A model generated the notes under the pieces. It did not search any database. It was not told the origin of the DNA and saw only the letters and a list, made by a program, of their open reading frames with translations. From positions 1 to 64,000 of the forward strand of contig DF237322.1 in NCBI GenBank assembly GCA_000708835.1: a stretch of 64,000 bases of DNA, read 5' to 3'. A program made the translations under genes and the position numbers. The DNA comes from Klebsormidium nitens (lineage: Eukaryota > Plantae > Klebsormidiophyceae). Below are positions 12,672 through 25,077 of the stretch, in pieces. The first letter of the stretch is position 1. Every line of letters starts with the position of its first letter.

Positions 12672-14041
12672 GGGGCAGTGTTGAAATGGCGACGTTTGCT
12701 CGCACCTGGACTCATATGTGAGCTATATCTGGTACAGCGTCTCCATGTGCAACGTACATGGGGAGTTCTTCAGCCTTTCTCAGTCCTTGTGTGCAGCAAT
12801 TTGCACTTCCTGTAGGGCAACTTATGCATTCTTGGGCTGGACCAGCATCTGCGGACTACTAGAGTGTTTGGATAGTACTGCCTCTGATCAACACTTAGCC
12901 GCTAGGTGTTACTGTAATAGTAGCAGTCACAAAAGAATGCGGGTACGTCCTTTAGATGTGCGGCAATCACGGTAAAGCCGCGTTCCATGGGCTGGACTAG
13001 CACCTAAATCAATACCAGGAAGATGAGCCTACATCATACCAATTCAACTTGGTTGCCGTGGTGTGTCAAGGAGGTCTAGCTTACTCCACTTGGAGTATCA
13101 AAGTTTCCTAGTCTTTCTTTGTCCCTACATGGCAGCATTGTGTGGGACAGCCACGTGACCTCAGTTTTGGACAAGACCAACACCTGTTATGTTTGATACA
13201 AAGGAACCAGGTTCTCAACCTGGTGACCGCAATGATGCCGTTCAACTACTTGCTCTTGTTGAAATTGCAACAATTGATTGCTGCGTGACAATCTTGATAT
13301 CAGCACTACTTTCAGCTGCTTGCAAGCTATTGAAATTGCCGGGCTCACTGCAGCCTATCACGTTCTTTGCGTTCACTATCAATCCCTGGGGTAATATAGT
13401 CTTATAAGATATCTGATATATCCCCAATTAGTTGAACGCTTATTTTATAATTTAAGCATACTATACTCTTTCGAGCTTTAGTAGAGCTAGCCCATGATGC
13501 ATGAGCACGCCATGAGTCGATTGATCAGACTGCAGACTGCGTGCAATTTGAGGACACATGATTGCGCCAATGTTATATTGTTATATACCCTCATGTGAAA
13601 GACTCCTTAAGCTACGACGTATATATTTGATATGGGAGGATATTGAAGGCCCCCGGGCAATGTGTCTCCGATCTTTAACAAACACCATCCGCTAGCCCTA
13701 TAAAACACGGCTGCAAGCAATCATTCGTAGTGGCTTATTGGTCCTGAAGACTGTCTGAATGTCTAAGATCGTTCAAAACCCCAGTCACTCGCCAGTAGCT
13801 CATCACATCAATGAGCGGGTTCTGAGCGTTATCAGCTGTTAACATTGCCATGAGAAGCCTACGGCCACGCTGGCTATGGCGTTACGGAGATAGGCCATCC
13901 TTGCAGTTGCTTGCAAAGGTCAAGGCATCGGGTAGGGCAGAATTGGCTCCTCGAACTAGGTAATAAAAAGCAGAATAGCTTGATCTCGGTCATTGACGGT
14001 CAATCTGCACGACTGTCTTTTCGTAACAATCAAACGACTTC

Positions 14042-17000
14042 TTATCTCAGCTGCAAAAGTTTGCTCTCTATGCCGGAAAGCAACGGTTGATATCTGCAAG
14101 CGATGAACATAATATAAGCATCAGTGAATCGGTCTCCGTTTCGTATTTGTTGGACCAAGCAAGGAGCTCGAAGAAGCTACACAATTAGAGCGGCCGCAAA
14201 TATTCATGAACAGGGCTCGGAACTTACGCGCGACTCAGGTTCGCCATGGCGTGCGTTACTTGGTTGTAGTCCGCCGACAAGCGCTCGCACTGCTCTGCTA
14301 ACTCTTCGGCCTTGGCCAGGGCCTGAGCCAACTGCTTCTGCACGTGGAGTAAGGCAAGGCCCGTTAGGAACCGTCGTGAACGGTTGTTACGAGGTTTCTC
14401 GACAAGGACGCCTAGGCTCGGAAAGGCTCAGGTGCCACCAGAAAAAGGAGGGTGCTCATTAATCCTAGAGCTACGCAAAGCGCTTGTTCCTACCTTAAGC
14501 TTCGCCTCCCGCGCCCTGGCTTCTTCCAGGTCCGAAGCTGGCACCATGCCTGCCTGACCCGGACTGTCCTGCACTTTGACGTCCTCGGCCGTGCTCCTCG
14601 CTTCTTCTGCCACCCGCTGCTCTTCTCGAAGCTGCCGCAGAGCTGCCCGCAGCTCCTGGTTCTGGCCGAGCAACTCATGCACCTGACCAAGTAATAAGCG
14701 CTTCAATATACGTGCAGAAGAGGAGCAAGCAGAGCAGTCGGTCCAGATAGCAGATACGGGTGGTGATATCAATCATCTTATACCGCTCCTTCGCTCGCAA
14801 GCGACTGAAAAAAACGAAAGTGGTGGGACGGGGCTCCGCTAAAGGCTGCAGCGTCAGCATCGTCTACGAACCTGCTGCTCCCAGCGTGCCGCAATCGCAG
14901 TATACTCGTTCAGGCCTGCGTGTAGGCCGGCGTTCTCTCCGAACAAGCGTTCTATCTCGAGCGACTGCGAGTCGATCTGCAGGCAGGAAGGCGAAACACA
15001 TTCGCGATCTCGACAAAGAAGCAATGTTCCACGATCATACATCGAACAGAGAGTGAGTGCAAACCGATAGAGAACAGAACAAAAGCAATACACGAAGGCG
15101 TCCACCGTCCACTCTCCGTTCGTATTTGCCCTTCGTTAAGAAAGATTATCTCTGTCCTGCTGCGGGGAACTGACCCACCTCGGTGAGGAGCTTTTGGCGG
15201 CCCTTCTCCTGCCGCTCCACCATCATGGCCAGCTCCTTGCACCGCCCTTCCAGCTTGCGCTTCTCGTCCACGAACCGAGCAGCCGCCAACTCCAACTCAG
15301 CGCGCTCCGCATCGTCGGTCGTGCTCCTGCTCTGCTGCAACAGAAAGGGCCTTCATCGAAACACAGCCAAGTGAATTCACAAGTACGTTCGCGTCATGGA
15401 CTTCTAAGAAACGTCTCGATTGCAATGGAATCCCCAGAGTGACAGTACAGAAACTTACTGCCTTGACCGAGGAGTCGGAGTAGCTGTGATGGGCTGATCA
15501 AGCACGACGTGCTTACGGATGGTGCACGGCAGCCTTACCTCGGGGGTTCGTGGGGCAAGAAACTCGGCTTTTGACTCCGCTTCTCGCCTTGCTTCGGCCG
15601 CTTCTAGCCTTGCTTCCGCTGTCGCTTCCTCAGCTGCTGTGGCCCGAGCCTGGCTGGCTCCGAGCTGCTGCCGAAGCTCCTGCGAGAGAGACGACAAGGA
15701 TTAGGGAACAACGACTTGCATTTGCAGTCAACAACGACATCCAGCACCTCACGGGTCGACCACAAGTTAAACTTGCAAAGCACCGAGGAGGCACTCTGGT
15801 CACGTCAATATAAGGGCGACGAATGATAATATTGAGGCATCTTTGATGCAAAAACACCATTGAAGAAGGCAAGAGGTTCTTGCGCCTTTACCTGCAGCTT
15901 GTCCCTAGTCTGGGTAAGGACATGCTCTAACTCGTCCTTTTCCGAAGTAACTTCGGCGAGTCGAGAGGAGAGAACCGCTTGCCTCTGCCTCTCAACTGCG
16001 ACGCTCTGCTGGGAGCTTTGGAGCTCAGTAAGCGTCATCTGAAGAAAAAGGAGTAGTGTCACTTTCGTGTCATTATGGATTCAGGCCTCACGTTTCTTTA
16101 CGGGATGCAGAAGAAAGGGGAAGGTATGGACAAGCTCAACCTGTCTGCGCCAGATTCCGGCACCCCTTATTTGCTCAGGTGAAGTAGCCTCTTACCTGCA
16201 GCTCTGCTCTTGCTTTGTCCAACTCGTTCTCCGCAAGCGGAATCTCCTGGCTGGGTCGCCGCACATGGCCGTGTGATAGGGCCTCCAGCCGCTCCACTTC
16301 AGCACGCAGAGCGGCGGTGTCCTCCTCTGCGCGGTATTGCTCCTCCTCTGCTTCCTGAAGCCGGCGTCGGGCCACCCGCAGCTGCGCTGCAAAATCTTCC
16401 TACAAAAAAGGCAGGAATAGATAGCATCTCAAAGCTGATGAACGCTGGTCAGCCGATTGATCGAATCGCTCCCAGTCCTTGCTCATGTGTTATTTCGATG
16501 CGTACTTCAATGATTGTATCACACCCAGACACACCCTGACTCTGGAAAGGAAACACTTACTTTGGCAGCAATGGCTGCGTTTCTCTCCCCAGTGATTGTC
16601 TCGATGTTTCTCCTCAAGGAGGAAGCGAGCTCCTCCGCCTGCAGAGAAGACAAAGAGGAGGAACAAATCAGGGTGGAATGTCCCTGCACCTAGCTTATTT
16701 CATCCTCCTTATGGACACAACAATATGAGGCAGGCTATCTAGCAGAGTATATACCAACAACTTCCATGCTTTACTGAACGCAGCTTCAGCCTGTCAACGG
16801 GTCATGACTCCATGTCTCCCTACCTTCCGTCTCTCTCTCTCCACTCGTTCAAGCTGGCTCTTTATTGAGCCAGTATTCTTCTCAACTTGCTGAACCTGGA
16901 CAAAACAGGTGGGTCATACGAGGTGAATTCAATCTCATATGGATCTGCTTCTACGATCCTGGCTGCGTTGGTACTGTTCTTTCAAGTAGACCACAAGTCA

Positions 17001-17953
17001 AACGGATTGCAACAACATGTAAGGCAAGGCATACATTATCAACATTCCTGTAGTCTCACTAAGAATGTGACTAGCAGTGCCGGCGTGTGACTTCCCTGGA
17101 CTCTTAGAATGAACACATTTGCATGACCCCATTGGCCAGGTGCTGTGCTATTAGCCGAGTAGTGCATACCTGAGTCTGCAGAAGAGCCTTCTCTGTCTGC
17201 TCTCGGAGGAGCTCAGCTTGCAAGCGCCCAGTTTCGGATCGCAAAGTGTTGATCTCATTCTGAAGTCAAATGGTGACATATATGAGTACAATGAACGGAG
17301 GTCAGGAAATCTTCCACCGCAGCTTACTAGTTCGGTGTTTGTGTCCTAGCTTTTAGATGCGCCATGCTTCAGCATTGCCTACTTGTATTCTTGCAGCTGA
17401 AGCGACAGATACTTCTGGTTAAGAAGAAGCAGGACGGAGCATCGCAAAACCCTTTGAAGCAATGCATGGACGGTCAACAATCACCTCAAGGGCTCTTCTC
17501 CAAATGTTTGGATCTGGTCTGGCCTCCTCGTCTGTGGCTCCATTCTCATCCTCCTGGACTGGTGCAGCGGCATGTGCTGACTTATCCTTCTTCTTCCTGA
17601 ACTCTTCTAGCTGCATGATCCATGCAAGAGTACATGTAAGTAGAAGAACTTCAAAGATTAAATTGCTGCCGCTTGAAGCGGTCAGTAGCCAGCCGCCAGT
17701 GCGCAAGGAGTGAAAACTACATGGAGGACAGCGCTGATCAAGGTTCTACCGCACTCTGAATCAGCATAGCGCTATCAGCAATGACACATCATGTCTGAAC
17801 AACAGATAAGTACACATGGCCCTACAAAATGCTCTAACCTCCTGGTCTAGGGCTTTGCAAACATGCCAAAGATGGCGCAGCGCCCTGGAGCACAGCAAGT
17901 GTATATCCCCTTACCTTCCTTTTGCCCGCAGCTGCCAAATCTTGCTTCTTCAT
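14042..17953 (-). CDS. Long coiled-coil protein (golgin-like / plant 'myosin heavy chain-related' type)
   Basis: About 12 GT-AG exons: MKKQDLAAAGKRK | LEEFRKKKDK... | NEINTLRSETGRLQAELL | VQQVEKNTGSIKSQLERVE | AEELASSLRRNIE | EEEQYRAEEDTAALRAE | ... | KLLTE | IDSQSLEIERLFGEN | ... | ANLSRA | YQPLLSGIESKLLQLR*. Heptad-rich throughout. Confidence 0.8.
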
Positions 17954-18802
17954 CCTGGTGGTGGTGCACTGGTCGCAGTGGTGGATCCGAAGCTCCCACC
18001 CTGCACCGCCACTGCGCCCAAGTAGCGGACGCCGGCGACCTCCCTCAGTGTCACGGCTGAAAACATCCATGAGCCCCGGGCCGAGACTCAGAGCTGAACC
18101 CTAGAAACGGCTAGCTCAGGCTGCAACTAGAGCGGGGGCAAGTTGCTTCAAGCAGTTCAAGTTGAATGCGTGCCATCACGAAGTTTGGCGCGAAGTTTTC
18201 GAAACATGGGGACGATCAACTTGCAAAGAAGGCGCAACATTTTGATATGCCGCATTCAGCTGCATCTTCATTCTGTCACTGTCAATTGCAGCGCCATAAG
18301 TGGTGCAGAAGCGAGGAGTCGGGCAAGAGGGGACCTCTTGGCAATTGCAGTTGCAGATAGGTACAGTTCCGATTAGAGCGGCGCAAACAGAATCAACTTC
18401 AATACAGCATCCCGACCGAAAAAGAGTAGTTCGTGTGATTGTTCAAAGAGACTTGGTGGTGGGTGCATTCTGCAGCACAGGCGAGCATCGCAAATTTGAG
18501 GATCTCATTCTGCGCTGAGGTGGCAAGTTGCCGAAAGCAAGCAATTTGACCAAAACTAGCCTATCTGATATAGCAGCTCCAGTCAGTGTAGGTTGTAATC
18601 AGCAAGAATCTAGAAAATCACAGCGCCAATCGCAAGCCAAAGGTCTTCGCAAGTTACCTGTCGTGGGGCCAAATAGCACAAGCAATTACCCAACCTTTTG
18701 GACCCATTTCTGCGTCGCTCTAGCCTAGAGTCAGCTTCTCAGCGCTATTGGGGTCAATCTGGTAATTTTGAACCCATGCTGTTGATGGCGCAGTGAGGGG
18801 AG

Positions 18803-19916
18803 ATGATGGCAACCAGTGCCTCCCCTGTGCGGTCCAGCTTGCTCTGCGGGGGACTCCAATGGGCAGATCGCACCAGCCGTTCAGACTGTGTGGGAGACCG
18901 GGCAGGAAATTGCTTTGAAAATTTACCATCAAGTTCGGCTAAGACCAATGAGATTTGGGCACCACCACTCAGGCAACTGCGCTTTCAATGTACTTTACAA
19001 GGGAACACATGTCGGCCAAGCACACAACTTTTGAGCCATCGAATCCCTCTGGCACCCCCCCAATTACCGCGCAAACAGAGGTGTGTGCGCCAATGCGTAG
19101 CCAGGGGTGGCGCATCCTCCGCAGAGCCTGCTGCCCTAGCGGGCAAGACTGCGGCTGGATCGCACACGCGGGTCGTGGTCATTACTTCTGGGAAGGGCGG
19201 GGTCGGGAAGACGACCGCGACTGCGAATGTGGGCATGTGCCTGGCGCGCATGGGCAAGGAGGTGATCCTGATTGACGCAGATGTGGGACTGCGCAACCTG
19301 GACCTGCTGCTTGGGCTGGAGAACCGCGTTCTGTACACGGCCATGGAGGTGCTCGCGGGGGAGTGCCGGCTGGAGCAAGCGCTCGTGCGCGACAAGCGCT
19401 GGCCCAACCTGAGCATCCTGTGCTGCTCCAAGAACCGCCAGCGCTTCCACCTCTCCCAGGACCACATGCGCATGATCGTAGACAGCCTGCGCGCGCGGGG
19501 GCCTGACTTCATCCTCATCGACTGCCCCGCCGGGATTGACGTTGGGTTCCAGAATGCGGTGGCGCCGGCGGAGGAGGCCATCATCGTGACCACGCCCGAC
19601 ATCACGGCCATCCGCGATGCGGACCGCGTGGTGGGCCTGCTGGAGGCGTACGGGTACCGCGCGATCAAGCTGATGGTGAACAAGGTGCGCGAGGACATGA
19701 TCGTGGAGGACAAGATGATGAGCGTGGAGGACGTGCAGGAGATGCTGTGCATCCCCTTCCTGGGGGCCATTCCCGAAGACAAGGAGGTCATTGTGTCCAC
19801 GAACCGCGGGGAGCCCCTCGTGCTACGCCGCTGGCTCACGCTATCAGGCAAGGCGTTTGAGGAGACCACGCGCAACCTAGTCAAGGGGGATGATGGGGAT
19901 GCGGGGGCGCAGCAAG
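18803..19916 (+). CDS. minD: Plastid-division ATPase MinD with an N-terminal transit-peptide-like extension. Single 1114-nt exon, either spliced to the downstream permease or read through to the stop at 20005.
   Basis: Ser/Arg/Ala-rich ~120-aa leader, then VVVITSGKGGVGKTTATAN (deviant Walker A), DADVGLRNLDLLLGLENR, DFILIDCPAGID, VTTPDITAIRDADRV, STNRGEPLVL. Strong donor CAAG|GTGAGC at 19916/19917. Confidence 0.95.
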
Positions 19917-20229
19917 GTGAGCAAAGGCCTTCGTCTAGTCACTCCTTGGGTCCAGGCTTACCATGTCGGTGCGCAGGGCATGGGGAGGCGCCTAAGAGGC
20001 GTTGACGACCGTTGACTGTTCATAGCAATGGGGGCTTGTGAACTATGAAACTCAAGCTGTGCTCTCCTGCTTTCTACCGACAGAGTGAAAGACTCTGAAA
20101 TGCAAGGCTGATCGGAGCTGCAAATCTTTGCACAATGCGGTGCACATGGGGTCTCAGGAAACCATGAGCGCAACTTTGCAGACCAAGGGCGGTCCAGATC
20201 TCGAGGCCTTTCCGTTTTCCTGCCCGCAG

Positions 20230-22652
20230 CGCTGTCCCCTGTGTCCGTGAGCAGCCCCGGGTCCCTCTGGGCTGCGGTGGGCCTAGTGATGGGCACCGCT
20301 GTCGGTCCCGGCATCCTGGGCCTGCCCGCTGCCGCGCTGCCGGCGGGGCTCGTCCCATCCACGGTGGCCATTGTGGCGGCCTGGGCGTATGTGGTGGCCA
20401 GCGTGCTTCTGGTGGCGGAGGCAACCATCCAGGTCATGCAGGAGACGGGGGCCAAAGAGGTGGGCGCTCGTGGGCATTCACAGAGTGACACTACGGTGCT
20501 CACCATTCTGGTGCGAAATCTTGAAGCCTGCAATTACCCGGTGTGGGCATAACTGCATCGCCCAAGTTAGCGATCCGGTAGGATTGGTGTCAAAAGGCGG
20601 TTTGAAAGGGCACCAACATTCTTCACAATCGTCCTGGATGCTTGGAGCACGCGCGAAGGCCAAGCATCATCTTCCTCTGCTTGTCACCACTGCACATGGC
20701 CCTTTGTGTGGAGCCTATTTTGTGTCCTCAGCTAGGGGAAGCGTGCTGACTACACCCCGTGCCTGGTGCTGCAGGTCAGTTTCACCGGCCTGGCCTCGCG
20801 CTCGTTCGGTCCCGTGGGGGGCCAGGTGGTGGCCGTGGTGTACGCTGCCCTCAACTACTCGCTCCTGGTGGCCTGCATCGCGGGCCTGGGGGAGATTGTG
20901 GGCAAGGTTCTAGGCTTGCCCCCAGCAATCGGCTGCGCCGCCTCAACAGGTCAGCGAGCTAGAGCCCTCCACCGTAGACAGCTGTAACGGGTTGGCTTTT
21001 GCACTCCGTTTCTCGTCTCAATGACGAGGACGAGGCTACCTCTGAGTGCTGCCAGAATGTACGTGACGAGAGTCGGTCGCTCAAAACCGCAATCCTGAGA
21101 TAACACGGACAGTTCCTGAACCTGTTCTTGCCAAGTCGGTGAAGTCGTACACAGGGGATGCAACTGGCTGGACAATCTGATCCGAAGGTGCAAAGTCGTT
21201 TGGCCCTCCCGCCGCTCCTCACCTTGCCGGCCTCTCGTGCAGCCCTGGTGGGCGGCGCCGTGCTGGCCGCCCCCTTCCCCGTGCTGGACCTCTCCAACCG
21301 GGGCCTGTGCGCACTCATGCTCCTCTCCCTGGCCGCGCTCACCTCCTTCGGGCTGCCCCACGTGGCCCTGGGCCCCGCCCTGCAGCGCACCGCGTGGCGC
21401 GAGGTGCTGCCTGCGGTCCCGGTCATGGTCCTCACGCTGGGCTTCCACGTCATCACGCCCCTCATCTGCAGCGTGCTGGGCGGCCGCCCCGCCAAGATCC
21501 GGCAGGCCATCCTGGTTGGAGGGGCTGTCCCGCTGGCCATGGTCCTCGCCTGGAACACCATCGTGCTCGGGCTCGCCAAGCAGGTGGGCATCGGGCTCGT
21601 GCTCGGGCAGCCAAGGAGTGACGGGGCCGCCGAGCGTCAACGAAGAGCTTGAGTTCCTATTTGCGGACCCGGATATTGGATTTGAGGCTTCGGTGCGATT
21701 TGAGAAATCTGCCCAAGCTGTTCTTGTAAGGACAAGGGCGATCGACTAGTCGCGTTCGCTGGAAAAAATACCGAACAGAAGGGGTTAACAAAGCGTCTGG
21801 TTCGACGTCACTTCTGATGATGGTTCTCGCGACATCCGTGGTCCTCTTCGTCCGCTCTTCACTCACGGGCATGTCTTTCTGTGCTCTTGCCAGGCCTCCG
21901 CCAGCGCCAGCATCGACCCGATCGCCCTCCTCTTCTCCCTGCGCAACTCCGCGGCCCCGGCGGTCCAGGCATTCGCCTTTGCGGCGCTGGGCACCACTCT
22001 GATCGGTTACTCCCTCAGCTTCCCCCGCCAGCTGGCAGACACGGCCGCCATGCTGACTGGCAGGGACCCCACCCAAACTGGGCCCCCACCGCAACTAGGC
22101 GGGGGGCCGCTCAGCCTTGAGGGATCCCTCAACGATGACGTTGCACCGGCCGTCGAGGAGGCGGCTCCGGGGCGGACGGGACCCGTTGCTCTGCTGCTGA
22201 CGTTGCTGCCGCCGCTGCTGGTGGCCGCAACGGTGCCGGCCGCCTTCGCATCGGCAGTGCAGTTTGCAAGCATCTATGCAAACTGCTTCTTGTTCGGGGT
22301 GATCCCCCCGCTCATGGCGTGGCAGCTCCGGAAAGCGGCTGGGGACAGGTGAGATCACACCAGAATTGCTGTGCCCTGCTGATACCCGCCTTAGTAAGTC
22401 GTAGCTAGTGCCCAACGGGAAGATGACCCACCGTCAGATCAATTCGTGCTTCGTGGTCAGCTGACGTTTGGGTTTCTTTAGAAAGGCCGTTCGCCCGAAT
22501 GTCTCATTGATGCATGTCTCATACAACCCTGCAGCGCTGATGGCGAGCGCCCCCGCTCCAAGGTGGAGACACTACTGCCGGGGGGAGCTCCCGTGCTGGC
22601 GGCCCTTCTAGTGGTCGCCCTAATACTGGGGGTGTTCCCACCACGGCGATAG
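20230..22652 (+). CDS. Tryptophan/tyrosine permease family (TyrP/HAAAP) multi-pass transporter domain; no independent start codon found
   Basis: Exons 20230-20459, 20775-20949, 21243-21583, 21894-22348 and 22535-22652 have mutually consistent phases. Motifs: PGSLWAAVGLVMGTAVGPGILGLP, GFHVITPLIC, DPIALL, AFAFAALGTTLIGYSLSFPRQLADT, YANCFLFGVIPP. Confidence 0.9.
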
Positions 22653-24126
22653 CGGGACACACGTTGCGAGGTGGAGGGGCCAACTCGTTGCATGTCAAGC
22701 GGATGACAAGGGTGCAACAAAGAGATTGGAACGGTATGATGGTGTGTTTGGTGTGCGGCCGAAGTTGAGTTTTGTGAGTTCCGCAGAGTTCGAGGATCAT
22801 TCTGCTTTGCACCACCTGGATTACTTTGCATATCTTGGGTCCGCGGTCCACTCTCCTGAAGGCAACATTGGGTTTCGGCGAATATGAGTCAACAAGTGTC
22901 GTGATGCTACAAGCAATCCGAGTCGATGTGAAGAGTCCGATCTTGAAATGCTCATTCAAAGACACGGGTCTTCAATTCTGATTTTGCCTTGTTGAGCACA
23001 TATTGCATGCATGATGGAAAAGCATCACCCTTGAACAGCGTGCATGCCAAGAGTGGTTGCGGCTAGATCCCATGCGTAAGACATTTGTGCTCTTATATAC
23101 AGCCCTAAAGTTTCTCCATATGAATCGACTAGCCTACATGTGAGGATGTTGGTGACATTTCTCAAGCTTGAGGTTCCCAGGAGGGGATCCGATGTAGTCC
23201 CGCGGCCTTGATTTGAACTTCTGCAGGAGCCGAACCTTGACGTGCTAGCTTTAAGCTCTATTTGAGGCCATCTAGCTCTAACCGGCTAGGTTCATGATCC
23301 GGCCGCGTGAACTATACTGTAGCCAACTACATGCACATGAGGATCGCGAGACTGCAAGAAGATCGGATGGGGCGACATTCTGCTTCACGTGCTGTTTGGT
23401 GAACTTTAATAGTACGGTATCCATGACATGAATGATACATGCGAGCTGGCATATGTGCACAACGGGCAAGCTGGTTGCACCTGGAGATTTAATGAATTCA
23501 GGGTTTTCTCGAATACCCTGAGCAGCAACCGTCTCGAGCAGTACATGATGGCGTTTGCTCAATAGCTAGATGCATTGAACGAACTGACCTGTTAAAAGGG
23601 GAGTTTGATTACGCGTAATCACCCGGACGGTAGAGGGTCGCGGCAGCCGTCGGTCACAATCTGTCAAGCCGCGGACCGTCGATCTGAGGGCGCGAGAGTG
23701 AATCGACGGAGTGACCTGGAGCTTCCGATTCAGCGACCGGTCGAAGTTATCGAGCAACAGCGTACGGCAGATTGCAAACGCACCGAGTCCGAGAGGAGAG
23801 CCACGGCCAAATATCAGATCGCTGTGAACTTCATGGGACCAGCGCCGCAGAGCGCCTGAAAGTCCGGGTCGTACACCATTTAGGTTCCTAGGTCCATGGA
23901 TTGAATCTTAGAGTGTAACGAGTGCACTTCGTGGGAAAGCACTGTGAATCGATGTGCGCCAATCTGCGGGGTACACAAAAAGGACGTAAAAGAAACGTGT
24001 TGAGCCGAGAATCGATCCGCGGCTTTTGGACATGCGGGACTGCACTCTGCGACTATGCTAACCCGGAATCCCCGGGCACTATCTAGTCTTGGGAAAAGGG
24101 GTCTTATAGGGGCACGCCCTGTTTAA

Positions 24127-24876
24127 GGTGGTAGGACGGTAATTCAGGTTGGATTGACCCTAGTTTACGTTCTGGTTCATAGAATGTTCAAAACTAAACC
24201 AAATCAGGTTTCGTCTTCTCCAATGGCTTCGAGACACCCTCGGGGTCCTCTCGAAGCTCCTCTAACCACCTCGAAGTAGTTTGGGTCAGTCTGAGAAACC
24301 CTGCCAACTCCAAACAACCTGGTTCAAAGGGGTATTTCCATTGGATTTTCTGCCTGTCAACTGCCACGATAAATTTCCTTCGAACAAGAGGAAATCACCT
24401 TCGGGGCAAGCTGGGATGTCAAAAACATTTTTCCAAAAAAAATCTGACGGAAATGTGCACCGCCAGGGGGGAACATACCTGGTCAACAACCTGAGAAAAA
24501 ACCATTTTGAGCATATAAGCTGGGAGTTTTGACCATTAACGGTGCACATTTTCGTCAATATTGTGATTTAACCGTTCGATAGACATCCCAGCTTGCCCCG
24601 ATTCAGTTTTAGGGGGGTCAATGAGAATTCTATCATTTCGTTTTTCTGACGGCCAAGGGTTCATGTAGGGGGGTAAATGTTCAAACTTCCTCACTTCAGA
24701 CTTTCCTCGACAAGTCGTCAGTGAGTTCGAGGTGGTCCCAGAGTGCTCGAGGGGGCCTCCTTGGTCCCCCCCGAAAGATGCAAAAGACGGGACTCGATTT
24801 GACCACGTTATGACCAAGTTACGCCCCTTCAAACCCTAGAAACCCTCTTTTCTGGCTGAATTACCGTCCTACCACC
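24127..24876. mobile_element. 750-bp non-autonomous foldback MITE with 21-bp perfect TIRs and a TTAA target-site duplication
   Basis: TTAA (24123-24126) | GGTGGTAGGACGGTAATTCAG ... CTGAATTACCGTCCTACCACC | TTAA (24877-24880). Internal mirror blocks: 24265-24275/24726-24736, 24402-24420/24582-24600 and 24451-24462/24540-24551. Confidence 0.88.
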
Positions 24877-25077
24877 TTAATGCAGCGACAGCTTGAGCTT
24901 TCATAGCCAAGGAGAACAGGGTTTTATCTAAGCAGAAACATGGTCGTTTAAGTACTTGAATGTCTATCGCCACAGGTTCAGAGGACTTTTCTTAGAATGC
25001 ACGAATATGCAGACCCTGATTGTGATCAATCAAATGTAGCAGCTATCCACAAACCTGACGGAGGCAGGAGGGCCATC

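Noticed and set aside
13697-13800. TATA-like CTATAAAA in the convergent intergenic region (possible snRNA or ncRNA promoter)
   Set aside because: The downstream sequence matches no snRNA or snoRNA I recognise, and no ORF follows.
18803-22652. Bacterial minD-tyrP operon or contaminant contig
   Set aside because: The permease has five spliceosomal exons, MinD has a transit-peptide-like leader, and the flanking genes are eukaryotic.
23878-23889. ATTTAGGTTCCT shared with about 51199-51210
   Set aside because: Only a 12-bp match with no convincing flanking similarity.
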